This document shows positions 19,053 to 29,500 of a stretch of DNA of 64,000 nt, piece after piece (position 1 is the stretch's first letter; each line of letters opens with the position of its first letter). This DNA comes from a virus (lineage: Duplodnaviria > Heunggongvirae > Uroviricota > Caudoviricetes). The notes beneath the pieces are model-generated. The model had not been told where the DNA came from, did not search any database, and saw only the letters and a list, made by a program, of their open reading frames with translations. Where the stretch lies: the IMG/VR virus record IMGVR_UViG_3300037487_000968, positions 13,280 through 77,279 of that record. One strand, 5' to 3'. The position numbers and the translations under genes were made by a program.

Positions 19053-19086
19053 GGGTTCCGTAATTAACATGCCAGTTTATGACCTG

Positions 19087-19094
19087 GATAAATA
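19087..19094 (+). promoter_or_regulatory. Late promoter element GATAAATA for the baseplate operon
   Basis: 21 nt upstream of ATG 19116, followed by AGGAGA SD. Confidence 0.7.
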
Positions 19095-19115
19095 AGCAGA
19101 TAGGAGAATAAATAA

Positions 19116-19790
19116 ATGGCACAACAAGATATGCGAGCAAGGCTTCAGCCTAAATCCTTATATAATGAGGAAGTCCTCGGCCCACGAAATAGTTCAAATA
19201 TTTTATTTCCTTTATGGTCAACACGCGGTGTGGTGTTTCCTTATACTCCTTCTGTTGCTACAGGGAACGTTACTGAGTACGATCCTACTAGCTTCATACA
19301 TTCTAACTTTGGTTACAATGCTTATGTTAGATCGTATCCAAAGCCTATCAGTATATCGGCTGAATTTACAGCACAATCAAACGATGAAGCATTGTATTTA
19401 TTGGCGGTGATAAGCTTCTTCCGGTCCGTTACGAAATCTTATTTTGGTATCAATCCGTATAATAAAGCTGGCACGCCACCTCCCACACTTATATTCAACT
19501 ATTTAGGAGACTATCAATTTAACAATGTTCCTGTAGTTGTTAAGGAATTCTCTTACACATACGAAGCAAATATAGATTATGTACCAGTTAGCACAGTAAA
19601 TAATCAGGCGTTTTCTGATAACATAGGTGTAAATCTGCCAGCCGGCAATAATGGTGGATATACATGGGTTCCGACACATCTTACTGTGCAACTTGATCTA
19701 GATACACAATATATCCCTATCAAACTTAGAAATGAATTTAATCTTGACGAATTCCGCCAAGGGAAGATGATTAATAAAGGATATATCTAA
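19116..19790 (+). CDS. Baseplate tube initiator/cap-like protein (gp48/gp54-type)
   Basis: FPYTP, ISISAEF, GTPPPTLIF, FNNVPVVVKEFSY motifs; first gene of the baseplate cluster. Confidence 0.65.
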   Translation: MAQQDMRARLQPKSLYNEEVLGPRNSSNILFPLWSTRGVVFPYTPSVATGNVTEYDPTSFIHSNFGYNAYVRSYPKPISISAEFTAQSNDEALYLLAVISFFRSVTKSYFGINPYNKAGTPPPTLIFNYLGDYQFNNVPVVVKEFSYTYEANIDYVPVSTVNNQAFSDNIGVNLPAGNNGGYTWVPTHLTVQLDLDTQYIPIKLRNEFNLDEFRQGKMINKGYI

Positions 19791-20077
19791 TGGCTCAGAA
19801 CTCTAAAGATACAAGTCAGTATTCGTTGACTCCAACTAAGAATTGGTATTTAGATTTATGGATCCCAAGGACGGTATCTAAGAACGATTATGATAAAATT
19901 ATTATTATTCCACCGGAATTTAACCAAAGGCCCGATTTATTAAGCCAACAAGAATACGGGACACCAAAATTATGGTGGGTATTCTGTCTTAGAAATCCCG
20001 ATTTAATGTCAGATCCTATTAACGATTTTGTTGCAGGATTAGAAATTTTTATTCCTAATAACATACTAAAGCAATAA
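19790..20077 (+). CDS. gp53: Baseplate wedge subunit, gp53-like (LysM-related)
   Basis: RPDLLSQQEYGTPKLWWVF..RN...DP...F..G..I.IP motif. Confidence 0.85.
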   Translation: MAQNSKDTSQYSLTPTKNWYLDLWIPRTVSKNDYDKIIIIPPEFNQRPDLLSQQEYGTPKLWWVFCLRNPDLMSDPINDFVAGLEIFIPNNILKQ

Positions 20078-20078
20078 T

Positions 20079-22736
20079 ATGGCAAAAGATTTCATGGCAC
20101 CGCCATCTGATAAACATACCTATACAGTTAATGGTCAGATAGTAGATAAAGCAACATACGATAAAAGTAAGGCAGCATTTGATCAAAGCTTTGCCGCAGC
20201 AAGTGGATCAACAACTACACCACCTGATGTAATAACTACAGGTTCTGCACCGGTAATTAATAAAATAACTTCTGCACCGACAGCACCTGTAATTACCAAA
20301 GGTTCGGATACACCTGTTGAAAAGACAACATTCAATGCAGCAAAAGATTCCCAATCTGCATATGCGAATAATGGTACACCACCAGAACAAACAATATTAG
20401 AATTTTCGCCAAATATATTAGACAACTATGATGTATATACATATCATTGGAAGTTATTTATTGTACCGTTGACCGCGTCAGCAAGCGGTAAGGTTCTTGA
20501 TACCAATTTTCAAACAATTATTGCAGAAAGTGGCGTGACAGATCTAACAATAGATAAGGTAGAGGTGCAGAGCATTGCTGGCCCCACAGTAGAGACTGGT
20601 ACAGGCACCGCTACAAAGTTTAAATTTGAGATAGTAGAACCTTCGGGGGCAGGTCTTATAGATAAAATGTTCTATGAATCTATTGCATTAGGCATAGGTA
20701 ATTGGATGGTTACTCCTTACTTTTTACAATTAGAATTTAGAGGTCGTGATCCTGCCACAGAAGATTCAATTATAAACGGCGCACCCAACGGGCTTGGTTC
20801 GCTAAGATGGGTATGGCCGATAAAACTAACATCTTCTAAAATTAACGTAACGCAAGTAGGGACACGGTATGAATTTGATGCAATATTGTATGATGAATTA
20901 CCGCAGACTAATTCATATTTTTCAATTCAGCATAATGTAGTTTTAAAGAAATTACAGACCTTCGGCGATGCCATGGTGGATTTAGAAAATAAATTAAATG
21001 CTGATTGCTATGAAAAATTAATAGATAATTATAGCATACCTGATTCGTATAAAATTATAGTAGATCCTAAACTAGCAAAAATAAACCTTGTAAACCCAGA
21101 CCATAATAAAAATACCGCTCGTGCATCTGATTATGTAGATTTTTCTAAGAAGGCCGCATCTTTCAATACAGGCACTTCTGTTGATAAAATTATTGATTCT
21201 TTATTAGGCAGTACATCAGCATTTCAGAAAAAAGTCCAAGATTCTGCCACCCCTTCTTCTGAACCGCGGCCGTCAAACCAAGAAACAGACCAAATGAAGA
21301 AGCTTTGGAGAGTAGTTACTGAAGCAAGGCCTATTGCTTTCGATTCATTAAGACAAGATAATGCTGTAGCAACAACAATCTACGTAGTTGAATACGATAT
21401 TGGCATATTAGATGCAACACCGGCACAGACAGGGCAAACACCCGAGACTATACCCTCGGCCCGGAAAAGATATGAAGAGTATGGTAAAAAGAGAATATTA
21501 AATAAAAAGTATAATTATATATTCACTGGATTAAATGATCAAATAATTGCACTAGATCTTGATATGAAGTATTCTTTTGCTGCCGCTACTGCTAGATTTG
21601 GTGGTATATATGTTGATAGTGCCGGCAGTACCAAAGGTGTCTCTCAACAAAATCATCAAGAAGAAGAGCAGAAGGCTGGCGAGATTGTTAGAAAGGCTCT
21701 TCGATTTATTAACGACGCAGAACCCGGGACAAATGTTGATGCAAAAGTTGCCGAAGCTAAAAAATCGATTGCCGCCACAAAAGTAGATCCTGTTGTATCT
21801 GCTAGATATGTGGCTCTCTTAGAAGGAGCTAAACCTGCTAATAAACAAGCATTTGTTAAAGATGCACAGACCAAAGGCGGCATAGATGCATCTGGTAATA
21901 CAAGCCCATTAAATCAAGCTGCAAGTCAAGCAACATCATTAGCGACCTCTAACAACGGGTTAACATTTATTTCTGATGTAGATGCAGGCTCTCAGGCTGC
22001 GAAAAATGTTAAAGCAACTGCTGATGCTTCACGTAAAGGTAAATTAAGACCTATACCGTACAGAGAAGCAACACAAGAGGGTAATTTTACTGGTGTAGAC
22101 CCGGCAAGCGATGCCGGTAGGGCAAGAACATCAAGTTTATTTGCAACTGCTTTATATTCGGGCTTAGATGGCAGTTTACAAAGCCTTAAATTAACCATTA
22201 AGGGTGATCCGTTTTGGCTATTTCCTAGAAATATTAATACAGATGCTAAATCGTTACCTTATAAAGCTAATATGTCGGCAAGTGCTGCCATAGAAGAAAT
22301 AAAATCAACGCATAAGAAGAACACTGGTTCTGTAAATATATATGGTACAGATAATTTTATTGTTGTTCGCTTTAGAACCCCTAGAATGTTTAATGATGTT
22401 ACAGGTTCTATTGATCCTTTTACAGAGGTAGAGTCGTTTAGTGGTGTATATAAAGTTGTGCGAATTATAAATAAATTTGATACGGGAAAATTTACCCAAG
22501 ATCTTGAATGTATATTAGATCCTGTAATTAATCTTACCGATTTTCTAACATCAATAGAAAATGCAAATAAAATTGCAGACCCGATGATAACATCTTTATA
22601 TAGTGATGTTCCACCAACAGCTATAAAAACACAAAAAATAACAGGTGGCACAATACCGCCCAAGGGCGAAGTAAATACCGTACGCAATACTGCAGGTAAT
22701 GTAGTGAATACACCAGCAGGTCCCGGTAAATCGTAA
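20079..22736 (+). CDS. Baseplate hub protein (gp27/GpD-like)
   Basis: Between gp53 and gp5; C-terminal LTIKGDPFWL and FSGVYKVVRIINKF..GKFTQ.L motifs typical of hub proteins. Confidence 0.65.
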   Translation: MAKDFMAPPSDKHTYTVNGQIVDKATYDKSKAAFDQSFAAASGSTTTPPDVITTGSAPVINKITSAPTAPVITKGSDTPVEKTTFNAAKDSQSAYANNGTPPEQTILEFSPNILDNYDVYTYHWKLFIVPLTASASGKVLDTNFQTIIAESGVTDLTIDKVEVQSIAGPTVETGTGTATKFKFEIVEPSGAGLIDKMFYESIALGIGNWMVTPYFLQLEFRGRDPATEDSIINGAPNGLGSLRWVWPIKLTSSKINVTQVGTRYEFDAILYDELPQTNSYFSIQHNVVLKKLQTFGDAMVDLENKLNADCYEKLIDNYSIPDSYKIIVDPKLAKINLVNPDHNKNTARASDYVDFSKKAASFNTGTSVDKIIDSLLGSTSAFQKKVQDSATPSSEPRPSNQETDQMKKLWRVVTEARPIAFDSLRQDNAVATTIYVVEYDIGILDATPAQTGQTPETIPSARKRYEEYGKKRILNKKYNYIFTGLNDQIIALDLDMKYSFAAATARFGGIYVDSAGSTKGVSQQNHQEEEQKAGEIVRKALRFINDAEPGTNVDAKVAEAKKSIAATKVDPVVSARYVALLEGAKPANKQAFVKDAQTKGGIDASGNTSPLNQAASQATSLATSNNGLTFISDVDAGSQAAKNVKATADASRKGKLRPIPYREATQEGNFTGVDPASDAGRARTSSLFATALYSGLDGSLQSLKLTIKGDPFWLFPRNINTDAKSLPYKANMSASAAIEEIKSTHKKNTGSVNIYGTDNFIVVRFRTPRMFNDVTGSIDPFTEVESFSGVYKVVRIINKFDTGKFTQDLECILDPVINLTDFLTSIENANKIADPMITSLYSDVPPTAIKTQKITGGTIPPKGEVNTVRNTAGNVVNTPAGPGKS

Positions 22737-22753
22737 CATATTAATAGGCACAA

Positions 22754-25318
22754 ATGGGATATATAGATACATCAACAAGAACAACTAAACCTACATCCAA
22801 TGACAACTTTCAACCGGCTGGTAGATCGACTGCATTATTTGGAGTATTCTTAGGTTTCATAAAAGACGCCACTGATGTACAAAAAAACGGTAGACTGCGC
22901 GTCTGGATTCCGGAATTAGGTTCTGCGCCAGATAATGAAGACGGTTGGATTATTGTTAATTATTGTTCTCCGTTTGCAGGCGCCACAAACGTCGACACCA
23001 TAAGCCAAACAGATACTCATTCCTTTGATAAAACGCAAACATCTTACGGTATGTGGATGATACCGCCCGATATTAATAACGAAGTATTAATAATGTTTAT
23101 TAACGGAGATCCTTCAAGGGGAATATGGATCGGATGCTTATATAATCAGTTTATGAATAATATGATTCCGGGTATGGCAGCCGATTCTAAGAATTGGGAA
23201 TATCCTGGAAAAACTATCCCTGTTGCAGAATACAATAAGTGGGATGAAATAGATAAGCCGGACCAGGCAAGTAAACCTTATGAAAAGACAAAATTTAAGG
23301 GTGTTGGAAATCAAGGACTTATCACTGATAAAGGCCGCGGAATAACAACCTCTAGCGCCAGAAGAGAAGCACCTAGTAGGGTATTTGGTATTATTACGCC
23401 CGGACCACTTATTGACAGTAACGTAACATCAGATAAATTCAGAAGAAAGGGTGGTTCATCTTTTATTATGGATGACGGCGATGGTACAGAATATGTTCAG
23501 TTAGTCACAAAGACAGGTGCTCAAATTAGGTTAGATGAAACAAATGGATTTGTATATCTAATTAATAGAGACGGAACAGCATGGGTTCAAATGGACCAGA
23601 AAGGTAATATTGATATTTTTAGTGCCATCGATATTTCTCTGCGCGGTCAGCGTGATGTTAATATTCGTGCAGATAGAAATGTAAATATCGAAGCTGGTCA
23701 AAACATTTATATGAAGGCAGCAAAAGACACCATACAAGAAACAACTGTCTTTACGTATGATGTAAATAATGTCCCTAAAACAAAAACTATACCTGTATGG
23801 AACTATAAAGGCGAGGGTGCAGGTCAGGGTGGTAACATTGTTATGCAGGCATTAAATAACTGGCATAGTACCACACAGAAAAGCGCATTTTTAACAGTTA
23901 TTGAAAATAATATGGATGTAGATATAGGTAATACATTTAACCTTGCTACACAAAGGGGCTGCCAGAATTATAACTCAAAATTAGGCATTAAGATGACAAC
24001 AGATGCTGCATTTGATTTAGCTGCTACGGGTAATATACGAGCAGGATCTAATGGTACTATATCTGTTGTAGGTATTGGCGGTATAGTAATGTGTACCAAT
24101 GCCGATCTTAGTTTAAATGCCACCGGTAATATCATAGAAACTGCCGCCGGAACATATTCTTTAGATGCTGTATCTGTTGGAATAGGCACTAGTGTAAGCA
24201 TTGACGGAAACTTAGATGTAACCGGTAATATAACCGGCGGAACAATCGTAGGTAATTTTCCGGGATTGCGTGGCGGACCTGGCGCAACAACCGGGGGGCC
24301 TGGTGCTGCACCATCAATAAATTCTCCCCTTGTTGCAGAAAAAGCACTTGCGGCAGCAATAGCTGTACCAGCAGAAGTCAAACAACTTGTTGAGAAAATT
24401 AATATTCTGGCAACATGGTTACCAACTGTAACATACCCTAAATGGCAACAAAATATAGCATATAAATCCGGTGATCTTGTTACTAATAACAACATCATTT
24501 ATATTTGCGATGCGGCAGGTGCACCAGCTTCGGCAACATTTGATGCATCAAAATGGACAATATTAATACCAGAAGACAAATTCAAGAGAAAATCAGAATC
24601 TTTAGAAACCACAGTGTCAAGATTCCCTACGTACGAACCTTGTCCAGAGCACGAAACATTTAGCTTTGGTTCTATTTCGGGATATACACCTAAACAAACA
24701 GAAGGTGCTAAAACCTATCAAGGTTCGGGTGCTGCAGGTAGTACCACTACAAGTTCACCTGCACCTAATACTAATCCAGGTGCTAATAATAAAGATATTC
24801 CGCCTACACCGGCAGATGAAAGTGCAACTACCAAAGACTTTAATATGCAGGCATATGAATGCCAGTTAAAAATAAACGAAGGTGTTAAATATGTTTCGTA
24901 CAAGGATAGTAGAGGCCTGCCGACTGGTGGCATAGGTCACTTATTAAGAACAAACGAAATTTCTCAATTCCCTGTACCGACGCCGATATCTGCAGAGCAG
25001 GTAACTGCTTGGTTCCAAGCAGACGCGCCAATCTCTATATCGGGTGCTCAAAGATTATTAGGCATGGATTGTTGGGGTAATCTAACAGATATTAGAAAAC
25101 GTGCGTGTGCAGATTTAGTTTATAATATGGGCGAAGGCGGCCTGTCTAAATTTAAGAACTTCTTAACAGCAATGAAGGCAGGTGATTACAATGCTGCAGG
25201 TGCAGCATTAAGGGATTCTGCATGGTTCGGGCAGGTCGGACAACGTGGTCCCAGAATTATAACGATGATTGTACAAAATGTCGATCCTAATGGATGCGAT
25301 AAAAAATTCCAAGGATAA
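22754..25318 (+). CDS. gp5: Baseplate spike, gp5-like: OB-fold, beta-helix, carbohydrate-binding module, C-terminal T4-type lysozyme
   Basis: GRLRVWIPEL...PPDINNEVLIMFINGD OB-fold; WQQNIAYKSGDLVTNNNIIY CBM5/12-like; catalytic E-x8-D-x5-T in EGVKYVSYKDSRGLPTGGIGH; SAWFGQVGQRGPR. Confidence 0.9.
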   Translation: MGYIDTSTRTTKPTSNDNFQPAGRSTALFGVFLGFIKDATDVQKNGRLRVWIPELGSAPDNEDGWIIVNYCSPFAGATNVDTISQTDTHSFDKTQTSYGMWMIPPDINNEVLIMFINGDPSRGIWIGCLYNQFMNNMIPGMAADSKNWEYPGKTIPVAEYNKWDEIDKPDQASKPYEKTKFKGVGNQGLITDKGRGITTSSARREAPSRVFGIITPGPLIDSNVTSDKFRRKGGSSFIMDDGDGTEYVQLVTKTGAQIRLDETNGFVYLINRDGTAWVQMDQKGNIDIFSAIDISLRGQRDVNIRADRNVNIEAGQNIYMKAAKDTIQETTVFTYDVNNVPKTKTIPVWNYKGEGAGQGGNIVMQALNNWHSTTQKSAFLTVIENNMDVDIGNTFNLATQRGCQNYNSKLGIKMTTDAAFDLAATGNIRAGSNGTISVVGIGGIVMCTNADLSLNATGNIIETAAGTYSLDAVSVGIGTSVSIDGNLDVTGNITGGTIVGNFPGLRGGPGATTGGPGAAPSINSPLVAEKALAAAIAVPAEVKQLVEKINILATWLPTVTYPKWQQNIAYKSGDLVTNNNIIYICDAAGAPASATFDASKWTILIPEDKFKRKSESLETTVSRFPTYEPCPEHETFSFGSISGYTPKQTEGAKTYQGSGAAGSTTTSSPAPNTNPGANNKDIPPTPADESATTKDFNMQAYECQLKINEGVKYVSYKDSRGLPTGGIGHLLRTNEISQFPVPTPISAEQVTAWFQADAPISISGAQRLLGMDCWGNLTDIRKRACADLVYNMGEGGLSKFKNFLTAMKAGDYNAAGAALRDSAWFGQVGQRGPRIITMIVQNVDPNGCDKKFQG

Positions 25319-25321
25319 TAT

Positions 25322-26098
25322 ATGGCATGTAATGCACCAACAATAGTAGTAGGCGGTGAGACGATATCTACCAGTGACTTTGAAAATGCAAAAGAATTGC
25401 TATCTGTCAGTGGTGACGGTGGCGACCCTACTGCCGATGGATATGACGAAAATATAGCTGGTGGTAATAATACCACAGGAACAACAGGAGTACAAGTAGG
25501 CAATATGCCAACACAAACATCTTTACCCACACCTAGCCCTATACCCGGTACAGCATCAAATAATGTGCCTCCTCCGGGTGGCGACGGGACACCCGTGACC
25601 GGTTCCTTATGGAGCGGCGACTATGATGCACAGTTAAGTCCAAATTTCAAGGTAAGTGCTTTCACTACTAAAGCACTATTCCCGAATCAACTTACTAACT
25701 TCGATACAAATTATACTACAGATAAGAGATTTACCAATTTAAAGGCTTTGGCAGTTAATGTTGCCGAACCATTGCTTGCTAAATTTGGCGCGTTTAGAAT
25801 TAATTCAGGTATTAGAAATGCAAATTCTACATCATCGGGTATTAGCCAACATGTGCAAGGTGCAGCAATGGATATACAGTTTTCTGGGTGGAATTATCAG
25901 AAATACTGGGATAATGCAGCATGGGTTAAGGATAATATCCCGTATGATCAGTTCATATATGAGCATAGCGATTCAACGGGATTAGTATGGTATCATCTGA
26001 GTTTTAATAATGCAGGAAACAGGGCAGCATCACTACCAACTAAAGTCATGACAATGTATAGAAATCATTACGATCCAGGCCTACAAAAACACGGATAA
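25322..26098 (+). CDS. Peptidase M15A-type zinc peptidase with low-complexity N-terminus
   Basis: LSPNF, INSGIR, SQHVQGAAMDI, WYHLSF motifs. Confidence 0.85.
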   Translation: MACNAPTIVVGGETISTSDFENAKELLSVSGDGGDPTADGYDENIAGGNNTTGTTGVQVGNMPTQTSLPTPSPIPGTASNNVPPPGGDGTPVTGSLWSGDYDAQLSPNFKVSAFTTKALFPNQLTNFDTNYTTDKRFTNLKALAVNVAEPLLAKFGAFRINSGIRNANSTSSGISQHVQGAAMDIQFSGWNYQKYWDNAAWVKDNIPYDQFIYEHSDSTGLVWYHLSFNNAGNRAASLPTKVMTMYRNHYDPGLQKHG

Positions 26099-26130
26099 TA
26101 CTCTCTATAAAAACTCTATATAATTTTCTG

Positions 26131-26138
26131 GATAAATA
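26131..26138 (+). promoter_or_regulatory. Late promoter element GATAAATA
   Basis: 16 nt upstream of the gp25 ATG; sits in the loop of a short TTTCTG/CAGAAA stem (26125-26145). Confidence 0.7.
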
Positions 26139-26154
26139 ACAGAAAGAGAATTAT

Positions 26155-26574
26155 ATGGCATCAAATCAACGCGGCTTAGTACAAAAGAATGTAATCACAA
26201 GGAAGCCCTATTTTGTTGGATTCAACACAATAGGTCAGCCTAATCCGCCCTATTCATTAAATAATATTGAACTTGTAAAAAGAGACATATTAAATCAGTT
26301 TGCTACACCAATGGGTTCTAGAGTAATGCTCCCGGGCTTTGGAACAAACATTTATAGTTATTTGTTTGATCCGTTTGATGAATATACAAAAAATGCAATT
26401 ATTGAGGACGCTGTAAGAGTTGTACAGGATGATCCTCGTGTTAAGTTTGTGTCTATCGACGTTTATCAGAAAGATCAAGCATTAACGGTTGCACTAGTAT
26501 TATTATTTGTTCCAGAATCTATAACAGATAGTTTGTTTGTTTCGTTCTCGCTCACCGATAAGGAATCGTTCTAA
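26155..26574 (+). CDS. gp25: Baseplate wedge / sheath initiator, gp25-like
   Basis: TPMGSRVMLPGFGTNIYSYLFDP and DPRV motifs. Confidence 0.9.
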   Translation: MASNQRGLVQKNVITRKPYFVGFNTIGQPNPPYSLNNIELVKRDILNQFATPMGSRVMLPGFGTNIYSYLFDPFDEYTKNAIIEDAVRVVQDDPRVKFVSIDVYQKDQALTVALVLLFVPESITDSLFVSFSLTDKESF

Positions 26575-29500
26575 TGTCAGAAAGTATTCGTCAATCAAAC
26601 TTGTTCGCTGCAGAGGACTATAAGAAGATCTTTAAGGCATATGCCTTCATAGATTATACTGCCTATGACTTCGACTCATTGAAACAAGCATTAATCAATT
26701 ATATACAAACTTATTATCCGGAAGACTTCAACGATTATATTGAAAGTTCTGAGTTTATTGCTATTATCGAGTTGCTCGCTTATTTTGGTACAAGCCTAGC
26801 ATTTAGAACTGATTTAAATAGTCGTGAAAACTTTATAGATACAGCTGAGCGTAGAGAAAGTATTATTCGTCTAGCGCAGATGGTTAACTATGTTCCTCGT
26901 AGAAACATAGCAGCTAATGGCTTATTTAAGATTACAGCAGTTCAGACAGATCAACCGTTAACCGATGCAAACGGGGTTAATATCGGTGACCATTCTGTCT
27001 ACTGGAATGATCCTAATAATCCTGATTGGTTTGATCAATTCGTACAAATATGTAATGCATCATTCAGCACATTAAACCCGTTTGGTCGTCCTACAAAGAG
27101 CGGGACAATTGGCAGTATTCCTATCGATTTATACCAGCTTAATAGTATTTTAAGGTTGAATGTTACATATCCTGCATCTATTACTATTAATGGACAACAA
27201 TACCCGATTGATATTTGTAATCCAGATTTTGTTACAAATCAGACAATATTTGAAAGAGATCCTGATCCCGCTAATGCATTTAATTTCATTTATAGAAATG
27301 ATAGCTTAGGTATGGCGTCAGCCAACACAGGTTTCTTCTTATATTTCAAACAAGGTAATCTAATCAATACAGACACTAATTTTGATTTTCCTGTACCAAA
27401 TAGATTATTTCCAATTGATATTCAAAATATCAATCAGGACGATGTCTATGTGCAAGAAACAGATCAGTCAGGCACTGTTATAAACAAATGGATTAAGGTG
27501 CCTGCATTATCGGGCGAGAATATTATTTATAATAGTATTCAGTTTGCACAAAGAAATATTTTTGATGTTTTAAGCGGTGCCAACGATACAGTAACTATCA
27601 GATTTGCCGATGGTAATTTTGGTAATGTCCCTACAGGCTTATTTAGATTTTGGACTCGTATTAGTGCAAATCAAGCTCTTGTAATTAGACCAAACGATGT
27701 ACAGGGCTTACAAATCAGTATACCGTACGTTGGTGTAGATCAGCAATCGTACACTCTTAATATTACATTCAGTCTAGAACAAACAATAGGTAATGCTGCC
27801 GCAGCCGAAACTAACGATCAAATAAAACTGCGTGCTCCGGAGGTGTTCTCTACACAATCGCGCATGGTTAACGGAAGTGACTATAATGTTTTACCATTGA
27901 TATATGGTAATCAAATCACTAAGATACAGGCGTTAGATAGAACATATAGCGGTCAAAGTCGTTATATTGATTTAAACGATCCCACAGGTTTTCACCGAGA
28001 CTTAATCATCTTCGGCCAGGATGGTGCATTATTTAGAGATAATCAAAATATATTGTCTCAAGTTGTTAATGATTCTTCTAATTCGGCTACTATAGAGGTA
28101 ATTCTTGTGAACACTATACAAACAATGTTGCAAGATCCTAAGGTTAATAACTTCTTCTATGACGAATATCTACCTCAATTTGAGTCTAAGATTAGGGTTA
28201 ATCCATCAACTTTATCCCCAACAGGTAGATCATTATTAGATCTAGTTCCTACAACAGATGTATTTGGCACACTTAATCCGGCTATAGACCCTTCATCGCC
28301 GTTATACTGGAAGACAAGTCCTGTAAAATTTAAAAATACCACAGGGTATTTTTCTAACGACCCTTCATCTACAACACCTTTAGAATTAATAAATAGTCTT
28401 ACAGCAGATAACATAGATGGTGAACAATACGAACCATGGACATTTATAAACAATGGGGCTGTGATACAATTTGCTAATCCGGCTACACCTACTACTATAA
28501 TTGCAACATTAAATTCGGTAGGCATTAATAGTGTTGTTCAATCCGGTATTCCGCTAGTTATTAGTCTATTAAATCCGTTTGCTAATATAGGACCGGTAGA
28601 GTTAAGTGTTGAAGAACAAGCAAATTACCAAGCTCAAAAAATATACCCTGCGTTTAGAACTACACTAACAACTAGCGAGATAAGTGAAGTTGTTTTAGCA
28701 ATAGAAGCTGGGCTATCGTTCTGGTTATATTATGATTTATTAACAAATGAATGGCATACATCTACTGCTTCTACCCCGAGCCTTACTAATCAGATCGATC
28801 AACCGTGGGAATATGCTCCTGCTGATGATATATTAGGCACACCGCAGATTTATTCTACCACGAATTGGCCGTTATCTGCCGCTGGCGGACTATTGTATAT
28901 TTCTATAGCAAGTAACAGTCAGACAGGTACAACAACATATGATTTAACAGCAAGAGGTAGAGTATATGTGTTTGAATCTTATAGAGATGTTAGATTCTAT
29001 TGGGAGCCAAATTTAACCATTATTGATAATTCCACTGGCCTTGCATTACAAGATTCTATTGAAATTATGCCTTTTGTTAATACTACTAGTCTTATAGATA
29101 ACAACGAACCTGTAATACCTAATCCACCTGTAGATTCTTACCTTAGAACAAAGGTTAATTTTAATATTACAGGTGTTTACATTCAGGACGATGGATATCT
29201 AGATAGTGCTAAAGTTGAGGTATCTTTAATAGATGCTAATGGCGATGGTATATCTGATGATCCAGCAGGATTTGATAAAATAGTGGCACCAGAAGACAGA
29301 GTTGTCTTTGAGTATTTTACAAACGAAATAACTGGATACCTGAGTACAAGGCCGTGGGTTGCTAGATGGAAAACTGATTTGCAAAATGAGATAGGAGACC
29401 TGTATGTTTATTTTCCTATAGCAGATCCGGGTGTTGATACGGGGTTATACGGATCCGGCCCATATATAGCAAATGTGCAATTTGATCCTATATCTGAATA

